The notes beneath the pieces were generated by a model, which worked only from the letters and a program-made list of their open reading frames with translations, did no database searches and was not told where the DNA came from. This document shows positions 1 to 9,736 of a DNA stretch of 64,000 bases, piece after piece. Origin of the DNA: Sulfolobales archaeon (GTDB lineage: Archaea; Thermoproteota; Thermoprotei_A; Sulfolobales; NBVN01); the NCBI GenBank assembly GCA_038841535.1, contig JAWBTQ010000002.1, positions 96,001 to 160,000 on the forward strand. The letters are read 5' to 3'. Within the stretch, counting starts at the first letter, position 1, and each line of letters begins with the position of its first letter. Position numbers and translations under genes: made by a program.

Positions 1-599
1 CTCAGTGATGGAATCCTGGGCTGATAGCTGGTGCCAGCAACACTCAAGACCGCAGGGAGCTTTACCTTCATAACAGAGTATCCTCCTTCAATCAGTCTCT
101 TGACCACAGCATAACCATCGTGAATCTCCAAAATTCTGTCGACATATGATACAGTAGGTATACCGAGCCATTCACCTACTTCAGGTCCTATGTGCCCTGT
201 GTTGCTGTCTGAGGACTCGATTCCGCAGAGAACAAGGTCTACTATTCCCAGCTCCTGCTCAATCTTCTTAACAGCTAATGAGAGAGCGTATGAAGTAGCT
301 AGAGTGTCAGACCCTGCTAACCGAGGGTCACTGAGAAGAACTACTTCGTCAACACCCATCGCTAGCACTTCTCTGAGAGCGTCTACTGCGTGCGGGGGCG
401 CCATGGCTACACCCACTACTTTACCACCGAGTTTCTCCTTGAGCTGAATAGATGCTTCAACAGCGTACTTATCGTAGGGGTTCACTACGAGCTTTACAGC
501 CGACCTATCTATCGTTCCGTCTGGTCTGAATCTTACTACTGCTTTTGGATCTACGACTGGCTTAACCAACACGACTATGTTTACTGGAATAGCACTCAC
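1..599 (-). CDS. etfB: Electron transfer flavoprotein beta subunit (FixA/EtfB), runs off the window edge
   Basis: Not in the ORF track; manual translation from GTG at 599 gives VNIVVLVKPVVD...VNPYDKYAVEA...LAMGVDEVVLLSD.RLAGSDTLATS...DLVLCGIESSDSNTGHIG, the EtfB signature. Confidence 0.92.
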   Translation of the reverse strand, partial: MSAIPVNIVVLVKPVVDPKAVVRFRPDGTIDRSAVKLVVNPYDKYAVEASIQLKEKLGGKVVGVAMAPPHAVDALREVLAMGVDEVVLLSDPRLAGSDTLATSYALSLAVKKIEQELGIVDLVLCGIESSDSNTGHIGPEVGEWLGIPTVSYVDRILEIHDGYAVVKRLIEGGYSVMKVKLPAVLSVAGTSYQPRIPSL

Positions 600-634
600 C
601 CGTAGTACTAGTAGCTTTGAGCTGTTATACTCAA

Positions 635-1855
635 CTACCTTCTTCTAGCTATGTATTCTTTCCCTAGTACTTCGCGAGCAACTATAAGCCTCATGATATC
701 GAGAGAACCTTCAGCCCAGTCGTAGCTCTTAACAGCTTTGAGAGCTAGTGCCACTGGGTTCTCTTCAGTGTAGCCGTACGCACCATACCATCTGAGAGCG
801 TCGTCTATAGCTGCCTTAGCGGCCTGCACAGCGAAGAGCTTTGCTGAAGCAGCTATCTTAGTGACCTCGAACCTACCGATTCTACCTTCCTGCTCCATCT
901 TTAGAGCCCACAGGGCCTTATACGCTAGAGCGTGAGCTGCCTCAAGTCTAGCCCAGTTGTCGGCTAACTGGAACTGTATGCCCTGGAACGTGGCCACAGG
1001 CTCTCCAAACGCCCTCCTCTGTTTAGCGTATTCAGCCGCAAGCTCTATAGCTCTCTTACCTCCTACAGCACATGCTAAAGCAATATAGGCTCTCGCATGG
1101 TCGAATCCCTCCATAGCTATGTAGAAGCCTCTGCCCTCATCTCCTATTCTATAGGTTTCGGGTACTCTAACGTTGTTGAGTACGAAGCTACCGAACGACC
1201 AACCCTTCCTCCCGAACTCTTTCTCTAACCTAATCGTAATGTTAGGGTCAGTTAGCGGTACGAAGAACAAGCTCATACCTTTATGCTGCTTAGTCTTATC
1301 TGTATAAGCCAGTGTAACATGTCCACCACCTAGCTCAAACCAAGCATCCTTCTCTCTAGCTTCTCTAACTCCGGAAATGTACGCTTTCTCACCTGAGATT
1401 ACATACCCGTCTCCATTCTTCTTAGCTGTAGTAGTTATTCCCACAAGGTCTGAGCCAGCCCCAGGTTCTGTAGTAGCTATACCGACCCAGAGGTCGCCTC
1501 TAGCAGCTTTCCGTATAACGTCCTCCCTGAAATCATCGCTGCCGTACTTATACGCGACATAACCCCACGATGTGTGAACCAAATAAGCCACAGCTAGTGA
1601 AAACGTTATGTCAGCTCTAACTATCTCCTCTAGAACTATACCTGCTGTAACCGGGTCTAGCCCCAGGCCATCGTATTTCTCAGAAAAGAGAATTCCGAAT
1701 AAACCAAGTCTTGCCATCTCCCTAGTGATTTCTATAGGTATTTCCTGCTTTTCCTCAAACTCCACAACCTTCGGAGCAATATACTTTTCCGCAAATTCTC
1801 GTACTGTCGACCTTATGTCCTCCTGCTCTTTAGTAAACTCAAAATCTAGCGGCAA
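635..1855 (-). CDS. Acyl-CoA dehydrogenase
   Basis: TEPGAGSD, GEKAYIS, R.AFGEP...FQGIQF.LAD, GAYGYT, EGS motifs. Confidence 0.95.
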   Translation of the reverse strand: MPLDFEFTKEQEDIRSTVREFAEKYIAPKVVEFEEKQEIPIEITREMARLGLFGILFSEKYDGLGLDPVTAGIVLEEIVRADITFSLAVAYLVHTSWGYVAYKYGSDDFREDVIRKAARGDLWVGIATTEPGAGSDLVGITTTAKKNGDGYVISGEKAYISGVREAREKDAWFELGGGHVTLAYTDKTKQHKGMSLFFVPLTDPNITIRLEKEFGRKGWSFGSFVLNNVRVPETYRIGDEGRGFYIAMEGFDHARAYIALACAVGGKRAIELAAEYAKQRRAFGEPVATFQGIQFQLADNWARLEAAHALAYKALWALKMEQEGRIGRFEVTKIAASAKLFAVQAAKAAIDDALRWYGAYGYTEENPVALALKAVKSYDWAEGSLDIMRLIVAREVLGKEYIARRR

Positions 1856-2044
1856 CTACTACACCATTACAGAATTATCGAGTTCAATATAAGCTAGAGT
1901 ATTACTTATCTCTCTTCGCTATGAAGCACCAGATTGCCCCCGAGTTCCCAGTGATAACCACTCCTGCTTCAAAAGCCCACGCACGTGCGCTAACCCAGCT
2001 GTTTCTAAAAAGAAGAATTGATGAAGGGAAGTCTACTGGGGAAG

Positions 2045-2812
2045 TTAGCTTTGCCACTTAGGCTTCCTCTTCTCTAAGAAAGCCGACACACCTTCCCTAG
2101 CTTCCTCAGATGATACAGCCACGTAGAACATCGACCTCTCGAGTTCTAGGCCGGGTGCTAGGATAGCCCTTACGGACCTATTGATTACTAACTTGGCTAT
2201 AGAGAGGGCTACCGGGCTCTTCTGGCAGAGCTTTGTTGCGAGAGCTATAGCTTCATCCATTAGTCTCTCCGGTTGAACAACTTTATGTACTATTCCCAGC
2301 TTTAAGGCCTCCTCTGCTGAAAATACCTCACCGAGCATGACGATCTCTCTCGCTTTAGCTAGACCAGCTATAGCGGCTAGTTTCTGAGTAGCACCCCACC
2401 CAGGCGTAATTCCGAGATTAATCTCCGTAGACCCGAATGCCGCGTTCGAGGACGCAACTACGAAGTCGCAGGAGAGAGCAAGCTCGAATCCACCTCCTAA
2501 AGCATAGCCGTTAACAGCTGCTATAACAGGCTTAGACATGTTCTCGATGAACTCGAAGACCTCTCTACCTAGCTCAATAAACCTTCCGATGTCTGCAGAA
2601 CCTCTAGTAAACTCTGTGATGTCTGCACCAGCACAAAAACTCTTACCAGTTCCCGTAATAACCACCGCCCTAACCTCTGGATCCCTCTCTGCTTCCTCTA
2701 ATGCCTTTCGCAGATCTGCCAGAACCTCCCGATTTAGCGCGTTAAGCTTTTCAGGCCTGCTTAGGGATATGATGGCTACCCTTTCCCTCTTCTCGTAAGC
2801 TACGTACTTCAT
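2045..2812 (-). CDS. Enoyl-CoA hydratase (crotonase)
   Basis: FCAGADI, AVNGYALGGGFELALSCD, EINLGITPGWGATQ; start moved to MKYVAYEK (2812) to remove the overlap with the upstream gene. Confidence 0.93.
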   Translation of the reverse strand: MKYVAYEKRERVAIISLSRPEKLNALNREVLADLRKALEEAERDPEVRAVVITGTGKSFCAGADITEFTRGSADIGRFIELGREVFEFIENMSKPVIAAVNGYALGGGFELALSCDFVVASSNAAFGSTEINLGITPGWGATQKLAAIAGLAKAREIVMLGEVFSAEEALKLGIVHKVVQPERLMDEAIALATKLCQKSPVALSIAKLVINRSVRAILAPGLELERSMFYVAVSSEEAREGVSAFLEKRKPKWQS

Positions 2813-2828
2813 CTCCGTACCGATCACC

Positions 2829-3695
2829 CTACCTATAGGTATGGAACCCCCTGCCCGACTTTCTCCCAAGGTACCCCGCAGCGACAAGCTTCCTTAATAG
2901 AGGGGGTGGGTGGTAAGCTTGGCTTCCAGTTTCTCTATATAGTATCTCTGCAATCCCTAAGAGGACGTCGAGACCTATGAAGTCTGCTAGCTCTAGTGGC
3001 CCCATCGGCCAGTTATAGCCTAACTTCATAGCTTGATCGATATCAATAGCAGTTGCGACACCACTCTCGTATAGCCTTATGGCCTCGAGAATAGGTAGCA
3101 CACCGATTCTATTAGCTATAAAGCCCGGTGAGTCTTTACACACTACAGGGACCTTACCAAGTTTCTCAGCTAGGGACTTCACTGTCTCAACCGTTTCGTT
3201 AGATGTGAGAACCCCTCTCACAACCTCAACTAGCTTCATAACCTGCGGAGGGTTGAAGAAGTGCATACCCACTACTCTATCCGGTCTCCTAGTTACTGCT
3301 GCGAGAACCGTTACGCTGAGAGTCGAGGTATTGCTAGCCAGGATTGCGTTAGGTGGAGCAGCATCATCTACTTCCTTAAAGACTTTCCTCTTAACATCAA
3401 GGTCCTCGAAAACGGCCTCAATAACTAAGTCAGAGTCTCTTACAGCCTCTTGAATGCTTGTCGTACTGCTAATCCTAGACAAAGCTTCGCGTGCCTGCTC
3501 CTCTGTTAGCTTACCTCTCTCGATGGCTTTCTTTAAGCCGAACGGTCCCTCCCATACGAGGTTTAACCCCCTCTTTAGCGCTTCCTCAGAGACATCTACA
3601 GCTACAACTGTAAAGCCTGCCTGAGCAAAGACTTGAGCAATACCTGAACCCATAGTGCCGAACCCGACAATAGCTACCTTACGAATTTCTACCAA
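2829..3695 (-). CDS. 3-hydroxyacyl/3-hydroxybutyryl-CoA dehydrogenase
   Basis: GFGTMGSGIAQ Rossmann motif, LASNTS, GMHFFNPP, DSPGFIANR, PMGPLELADFIGLDV. Confidence 0.95.
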   Translation of the reverse strand: MVEIRKVAIVGFGTMGSGIAQVFAQAGFTVVAVDVSEEALKRGLNLVWEGPFGLKKAIERGKLTEEQAREALSRISSTTSIQEAVRDSDLVIEAVFEDLDVKRKVFKEVDDAAPPNAILASNTSTLSVTVLAAVTRRPDRVVGMHFFNPPQVMKLVEVVRGVLTSNETVETVKSLAEKLGKVPVVCKDSPGFIANRIGVLPILEAIRLYESGVATAIDIDQAMKLGYNWPMGPLELADFIGLDVLLGIAEILYRETGSQAYHPPPLLRKLVAAGYLGRKSGRGFHTYR

Positions 3696-3864
3696 GGCTT
3701 AAACCCACTACAGGAATTAGCAGAAAAATTATATCTATTCTCAGTCTCGGGTTAGGTGGGACCGCAAGACAGATTGTGGAGGCTTTAGTTGCTCTAGTGA
3801 GCAATGGTTTGAGACTCGCTCCTTAGTTTGCGTACTATAGCGTCACAGAGTGAGTACACCAGCT

Positions 3865-4581
3865 CTATATGACCATGCCTGTCAGGAGTCCGGCTACGAA
3901 CCCGAGTGTAGCGTACTCGTCGTGTTCATGTCCGAAGATTTCGGGAGCTACCTCGTGTACTACTACGTACAGCATGGCGCTAGCAGATAGAGCTAGGAGT
4001 ACTGGGAGAGTAACTGCTGTATCGACAAGCCCTATGAGAGAAGCTATTGCGGAGAAGAACTCTGATACTGCGCTAAGCACTCCAGCGAGGAAGCCTAGCG
4101 AGGCCTTCCTCGACGAGGCTACGACGGATAGAGACACTATTAGACCCTCAGGAACGTCCTGTACTGCTATTGCTATAGCAGTAGCTAGGCCCGCCTCCGG
4201 GCTGTGTATAGATGTGGCGCCAACTGCTAGACCTTCTGGGATATTGTGTATTGCTATAGCTAGGGCGACAAGAACCAGGTTCCGGTTCTCCTTCTTGCGA
4301 ACGACCCAAGTATGTGGGATGAAGACGTCTATGGACTTAATTAAGATAAAACCGAGCGTAAACCCCAGTAGCGAAAGCCGTAGCCCCCCAATTTCAATCG
4401 ACGGGATGAGGAGCTCTACAAACGCTACGTAGACCATGAGACCGGAGCCGAATCCTAGGGCAACATCAATGAACCTCTCGTCCAGACTTACGCGAAGAAA
4501 AACGAGGACAGAACCAAAAACAGTTGCTATGGTTGGTATGAGGCCGTAGACTACAACCCTCAGCACTAAGTCCTCAATCAC
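3865..4581 (-). CDS. ZIP family (GufA/ZupT-like) divalent metal transporter
   Basis: AIHNIPEGLAVG and AVQDVPEG signatures, multiple TM helices. Confidence 0.9.
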   Translation of the reverse strand: MIEDLVLRVVVYGLIPTIATVFGSVLVFLRVSLDERFIDVALGFGSGLMVYVAFVELLIPSIEIGGLRLSLLGFTLGFILIKSIDVFIPHTWVVRKKENRNLVLVALAIAIHNIPEGLAVGATSIHSPEAGLATAIAIAVQDVPEGLIVSLSVVASSRKASLGFLAGVLSAVSEFFSAIASLIGLVDTAVTLPVLLALSASAMLYVVVHEVAPEIFGHEHDEYATLGFVAGLLTGMVI

Positions 4582-4660
4582 TTGCTACAACACCCCGCTT
4601 TACTGAGTGCTTACTGCGTTAGCAGGCTATCTCGAACTGGAGTGCCAGCTATTTCGCACC

Positions 4661-5194
4661 CTAACTCTTGCTTAAGAGCCGGCTTCCATACTTGTTTATG
4701 TGGACTATATCCTCAACCGGCTTTCTAGGTCTCGGCTTAGGGCTTTCGTCTGGCCAGCCTATGGCAACTATGGCTATAGGAATCTTGTGTTTGGGGGCTC
4801 TCACTATTTCTTGAACTATAGGTTTCTCCCTTTCTCCTACGCCTAGCCACACAGTCCCCAACCCGAGCGCGTGCGCTGCCAGCATTAGGTATGTTACAGC
4901 GTTAGCGCAGTCCAACATGTAGAACGTGGGCGAGGCGGTTTCATCGCAGAGAACAACTATACCTGCTGGTGCGTCGTGAAGTGCCTGCCTCCAGGGGTAG
5001 ATGGATGCTAGGTCGTGCTTTGTCTTTAGGTCTACTACTATAACGAACTCCCATGGCTGACTATTTCTCGCACTGGGAGCGAATCTAGCGGCATCGATAA
5101 CTTTAATCAGCTGGTCTAGTGTCACAGGATCCTTTCTGTATTTCCTAATACTCCTTCGAGTAGTCAGGAACTTAAGGTAGTCTTCTAAACTCAC
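4661..5194 (-). CDS. Nitroreductase family protein
   Basis: RRSIRKY, APSARNSQPW, LAAHALGLGTVW. Confidence 0.92.
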   Translation of the reverse strand: MSLEDYLKFLTTRRSIRKYRKDPVTLDQLIKVIDAARFAPSARNSQPWEFVIVVDLKTKHDLASIYPWRQALHDAPAGIVVLCDETASPTFYMLDCANAVTYLMLAAHALGLGTVWLGVGEREKPIVQEIVRAPKHKIPIAIVAIGWPDESPKPRPRKPVEDIVHINKYGSRLLSKS

Positions 5195-5422
5195 GCTATC
5201 ACCCGAGAACGACGCGCTTATTGCATTATATTCTTTCTACTTTTAGCTACGTATCGTAGAGACCTTACTGGTCAAGCTCTAGCTAACTATGATATGCTGG
5301 TAGAGATTAGAGCCGTCAGTGAACTCAGTCCCGAACAAACCATCTCCTCTTGTAGATAGAGATGAGACCCGGTCCATAGGAATCTTTAATACCTGTTTTC
5401 ATATATTACATGGGTTATTGAG

Positions 5423-5686
5423 TTGAGAGTTAAGATAAGGGTTTACATGGACCTAGCAGATAAGGTCGGGTGGAGGGAAAGCGATGTACCAGTTAATGGC
5501 GAAACTTCCACCCTTAGAGAAATTCTTGAGAAAATCCAAGAACTTAGAGGCTTACTTGACGAGGGATTTACGGAGAGGTTCATCGTTTTAGTAAACGGAG
5601 TAAACTCGAGGCTATCTGGAGGCTTACTCACTAGAGTTAAGGACGGTGATGTCATAGACGTTTTTCCTCCAGCAGGAGGAGGCTAG
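5423..5686 (+). CDS. MoaD/ThiS/SAMP ubiquitin-like sulfur carrier
   Basis: VLVNG...VKDGDVIDVFPPAGGG with C-terminal GG; next to the AOR cluster. Confidence 0.92.
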   Translation: MRVKIRVYMDLADKVGWRESDVPVNGETSTLREILEKIQELRGLLDEGFTERFIVLVNGVNSRLSGGLLTRVKDGDVIDVFPPAGGG

Positions 5687-6083
5687 AAGACGCATTACGA
5701 CCCGATCTCGCAGCCATTCAGGTCTCAGAACTTTGAGTATTTTAACCTGTAGGCCGATTACGTTGTTATTAAGATAGCTAAAGCTAGTTTAAGAGTTCCG
5801 GCTATAACAGGTCGACTGAGTTAATTTCGTCTCTCCACATAAAACCGCCTCTGTTTCGAGTTCGTACTACCTTGAAGACGTTAAGGGGTACTTCAAGTAT
5901 TTCACATAGCGATTATCCCTCAGGAAGAACTCCAGCGGGTTCTTTGATGTAGACGTCGACTCTCGTGAGTAAGCGGTTGAAACCTTTACAGATTTTTCCC
6001 AAAATAAGTAACAACATCAATCGATATAGGTCGGTATGATATATGGGGTCGGCTCTTTGAACCCGATCGTGCTCAGGCAGTTC

Positions 6084-7181
6084 TTAAAGGGGGCAGAACG
6101 TTAACCCGTGGTAGAATGGGCAGTGCGCACACGTTGGGACGTTGCCTAGGCAGTCCCCATCGTTACTCCTAGTTAGAGCGCAGTAGCCTGCTAGTATGCA
6201 CGTAAAGCACGATGGCATTTCATTAAAGGATAGTTTGTAGTAGAGCTTGGAGTATTCGTTTCTCCAGATATCCACTAGGAGCTCTTCGGTTGCGCTACCT
6301 AGCACGATTTCGTTTATAGATCTCTCAACACCTAATAGCCTAGTCCTCCATGTGCGCGAGTAGTAGAGGCATGGAGTAACCGAACCATCTACTCGAATGT
6401 AGAGAGCTTTGTTTTGAGCAAACGGACACGATCTATATGATCCGAGGGGAAGCTGGGGTACTGAAATCCTCAGTCCCATCTCTGGATACTCTCTCTTTGC
6501 TTTCTCTATGGACTCCTCAAACTTCTTAACGCAGCAAGTATCACCTAAGCAGTCAAGTCCATGCTCTCCCTCTAGTGGTACGTAGTAGCTATACATTACC
6601 TCGTTAACTCCCAGTTCTCTAGCTAGCTTGAGTAGGTCTCCCGCCTCATGAGAGTTTAGCTTCGTAATAGTGAAAATAACCTTTATGGTCGGTCTCGTAA
6701 CTAACTCAAGCCTCTTTAGCTCTACGACTTTCCTCAAGCTTTCGACTACCTCCGGTAGAACACCTCCAACGCGAACTCTGCCGTAGAGCTCGAGAGTAGC
6801 CGCATCGATACTGACCACTATCTCGTCAACGTTCTCGGCTACAACTCTATAGAGCTTAGATAACCTGTACCCGTTAGTATTCAGCACTATCTGAAGTCCC
6901 CGGCTTTTGAGAGACATTAGCACTTGCTCGAAGTGCGGATGGGTCGTAGGCTCACCCCAGCCAGTCAGAGTGACCTTCTCGATGCCTGACTGAACTAGGT
7001 TCTCTAAGATCTTGGAGAACTTACCCATATCCATATAGGTTTCAGTGAAGTTTCTCGCACTCCACCTAAAGCAGTGAACACACCTAAACTCACACAGTGT
7101 AGATATCTCCATAACGATTTCTCTAGGGCGTGCTTCACTTTTCAGCTCTATGACCCAGTTAGTAGTCTCGAACTTACCCAT
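6084..7181 (-). CDS. Radical SAM/SPASM protein, likely tungsten-oxidoreductase cofactor maturase
   Basis: CEFRCVHC, GWGEPTTHP, SPASM cysteines and C-terminal CAHCPF...CP; divergent from AOR. Confidence 0.85.
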   Translation of the reverse strand: MGKFETTNWVIELKSEARPREIVMEISTLCEFRCVHCFRWSARNFTETYMDMGKFSKILENLVQSGIEKVTLTGWGEPTTHPHFEQVLMSLKSRGLQIVLNTNGYRLSKLYRVVAENVDEIVVSIDAATLELYGRVRVGGVLPEVVESLRKVVELKRLELVTRPTIKVIFTITKLNSHEAGDLLKLARELGVNEVMYSYYVPLEGEHGLDCLGDTCCVKKFEESIEKAKREYPEMGLRISVPQLPLGSYRSCPFAQNKALYIRVDGSVTPCLYYSRTWRTRLLGVERSINEIVLGSATEELLVDIWRNEYSKLYYKLSFNEMPSCFTCILAGYCALTRSNDGDCLGNVPTCAHCPFYHGLTFCPL

Positions 7182-7244
7182 CTTCGCTTACCTAGCTAAT
7201 CCTGAAACAGAAAAAGTTTAAAACTGCTAATATAGTTTATAGAT

Positions 7245-9152
7245 ATGGTGGAATCTTTGCCAATCGGAGGTTATATGGGTAAAGTTCTCAGAGTAGACTT
7301 GACAAACCAGAGAGTTATCGACGAGCCACTCCCTCCCGAAGACATCCTGAGGAAGTGGATAGGCGGTAGAGGTCTAGGGGCTTACTACATACTCAAGGAG
7401 GTTGATCCTAAGGTCGACCCACTTAGTCCAGCAAACAAGGCCATCGTAGCTACCGGACCTCTCACGGGTATAGTGGGGATACCTTCGTCTGGTAGATGGT
7501 GCTCCGTAACGAAGTCTCCACTTAACAACACTCTACACGATTCCCAGAGTGGTGGGAAGTTCGGTCCTGAGCTAAAGTTTGCCGGCTACGACGCAATAAT
7601 AATTGAGGGTGCGTCTGAGAGGCCTGTGTACCTCTGGATCCATGACGGAAAAGCCGAGCTTAGGGACGCTAAGCACCTTTGGGGTAGAGATACTCACGAC
7701 ACTACCGACATCATACAGGAAGAACTAGCTCCTGTAGTAGGTAAAGACGAGGCTGCGAGAATCAAGGTGGCCTGCATCGGACCTGCGGGCGAGAGACTTG
7801 TTAGGATAGCCTGTATAATCAACGACAAGAGTAGGGCCGCCGGTCGAGGAGGACATGGCGCCGTATGGGGTAGCAAGAAGCTTAAGGCTATAGCAGTAAG
7901 AGGACATATGAAGCCCCCCATAGCTAATGAGGCTAAGTTTAGAGAAGTTGTCGTAAAGTCTATGGACCTCATAAAAAGGTCGGCGATTACTAGTGAGGCT
8001 TTACCGAAGTACGGTACGGCTGTTCTAGTCAACATAATAAACGCTCACGGGATCTACCCAACTAGGAACTTCCAGACCGGTGTGTTCCCGACGGCAGATA
8101 AGACTAGTGGTGAAACTATTGCTAGAGAAATAATGGACTGGGAGAAGCAGAGGGAAGAGGTTTGCTGGGGTTGTCCGATTGCGTGCGCTAGATACACTAA
8201 GATAACTAAGCCACCATTCACAGGAGAGGGGGGAGGACCGGAGTACGAGACGGTTTGGGCTCTCGGTGCTCAAACCGGTACAGACGATCTAGCAGCTATA
8301 TCTAAGGCAAACTATCTGTGCAATGAGCTAGGACTAGACACTATATCTATGGGTCACGTAATAGGGACGTTCATGGAGCTTGTTGAAAAAGGGAAGATTC
8401 CTCCAGAGAAGCTACGCGGTCTAAGAGCAACATGGGGTAGCGGAGAGGCCTTAATCGAGCTAACGTGGAGAACCGCTTACCGTAGCGGCATTGGAGACGA
8501 CATAGCCGAGGGGGCTCTCAGGCTAGCCCAGAAGTACGGAGCACCCGAGTTAGCTATGGTCGTTAGAGGCCAGGAGCTACCAGCGTATGATCCGAGAGGT
8601 GCGCAAGGCCACGGGCTAGCGTACGCTACGAGTAACAGGGGTGGCTGTCACCTCAGGGCCTACATGATCTCTCCTGAGATCTTAGGAGTTCCACAGTTAC
8701 TCGATAGGTTCGAGACTAAAGGTAAGGCAGGGTGGGTTAAGCACTTCCAGGACGTATTCGCAACTATAGATAGCTTAATTGTCTGCAAGTTCGTTACGTT
8801 CGCCTATTGGTCGGACGTCATGGCCGAGCAGCTATCAGCGGTAACAGGGTGGGACATAGCCAAGGAGGAGTTCGAGAAAATAGGTGAGAGAATATACAAC
8901 GCGGAGAGAGCCTTCAACGTGTTGTCCTTTGAAGATGGAGAGCAGTACGATACACTACCCAAGAGGCTACTAGAGGAGCCCATGCCTGAGGGACCGGCTA
9001 AAGGGCATGTAGTTAGATTGAGCGAAATGCTCCCGGAGTACTACAGCTTGAGAGGTTGGGTAAGGGGTAGACCGACAAGAGCGAAGCTGGAGGAGCTAGA
9101 CCTGAAGTGGTTAGCGGATAAGCTATCTGAAGCTAAATTACTCCTAGAGTAA
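7245..9152 (+). CDS. aor: Tungsten-containing aldehyde:ferredoxin oxidoreductase
   Basis: GYMGKVLRVDL, KSPL, AAGRGGHGAVWGSKKLKAIAV, CWGCPIAC, GPEYET, GLDTIS, AYDPR, NRGGCHLRA. Confidence 0.95.
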   Translation: MVESLPIGGYMGKVLRVDLTNQRVIDEPLPPEDILRKWIGGRGLGAYYILKEVDPKVDPLSPANKAIVATGPLTGIVGIPSSGRWCSVTKSPLNNTLHDSQSGGKFGPELKFAGYDAIIIEGASERPVYLWIHDGKAELRDAKHLWGRDTHDTTDIIQEELAPVVGKDEAARIKVACIGPAGERLVRIACIINDKSRAAGRGGHGAVWGSKKLKAIAVRGHMKPPIANEAKFREVVVKSMDLIKRSAITSEALPKYGTAVLVNIINAHGIYPTRNFQTGVFPTADKTSGETIAREIMDWEKQREEVCWGCPIACARYTKITKPPFTGEGGGPEYETVWALGAQTGTDDLAAISKANYLCNELGLDTISMGHVIGTFMELVEKGKIPPEKLRGLRATWGSGEALIELTWRTAYRSGIGDDIAEGALRLAQKYGAPELAMVVRGQELPAYDPRGAQGHGLAYATSNRGGCHLRAYMISPEILGVPQLLDRFETKGKAGWVKHFQDVFATIDSLIVCKFVTFAYWSDVMAEQLSAVTGWDIAKEEFEKIGERIYNAERAFNVLSFEDGEQYDTLPKRLLEEPMPEGPAKGHVVRLSEMLPEYYSLRGWVRGRPTRAKLEELDLKWLADKLSEAKLLLE

Positions 9153-9166
9153 ACATTAGCTTAAAC

Positions 9167-9173
9167 TTTTTTT
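9167..9173 (+). terminator. Oligo-T archaeal terminator after aor
   Basis: T7 run about 15 nt after the aor stop codon. Confidence 0.5.
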
Positions 9174-9736
9174 ACAGCTCCACACGATTCTTAACTGAGG
9201 ACCATATTCGTTCTGTTGCGGATCTTCGCGACGACTACGTACTTTAGCCTAGGGAAAGTCTCGCGTGGATGAGCGCATTAAGCCGTTTAATCCTCAAGAA
9301 CAAGCCTCGCTCATTACGAGCAAGCTGATTATAATGGTATGACCCCACTAGCTCCCACCCTTCATTCTCCCTCACTTAGAGGGTGTCTGGAGGGTTCCAT
9401 AACCATATGTTCTACAGACTTTTAAACCTCTACTTATATACCTTACCTACATCAAGCCGGTAAGGCGATAATACAGTTCAAAAAGTGTTTCCTTGGATTA
9501 CCCCCCAAATTAGCTCAGAAGTCGTTTTTAAACTACGAAGACTGGAAGAATGGTGAGTTCCACTAGAGATTGATTGTTGGCACCTCGAAGAGCGTTTAAT
9601 TCTTGGCTAAGGATAGAAAAGACGCAACTGCAGAAAATGATGGGCTCGATCTCCAAGGCAGTACGGTATGGGCTCGGCCTCTTCTTATTGGAAGTCAAGT
9701 TCTTAAAAAGCTTTAAGGTTAAGAAGCTCTAAAAGT

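Noticed and set aside
190-605. Plus-strand ORFs 190-447 and 390-605
   Set aside because: Antisense shadows of etfB
3869-4432. 187-aa plus-strand ORF and the many similar S/T/P-rich antisense ORFs in the track
   Set aside because: Mirror frames of well-supported genes on the opposite strand, with no motifs
5955-5983. Sequence ending GTTGAAAC, like a CRISPR repeat tail
   Set aside because: Single copy, no spaced repeats and no cas genes in the window
5423-9152. MoaD + radical SAM + AOR cluster
   Set aside because: Known tungsten-enzyme maturation context; described as features only
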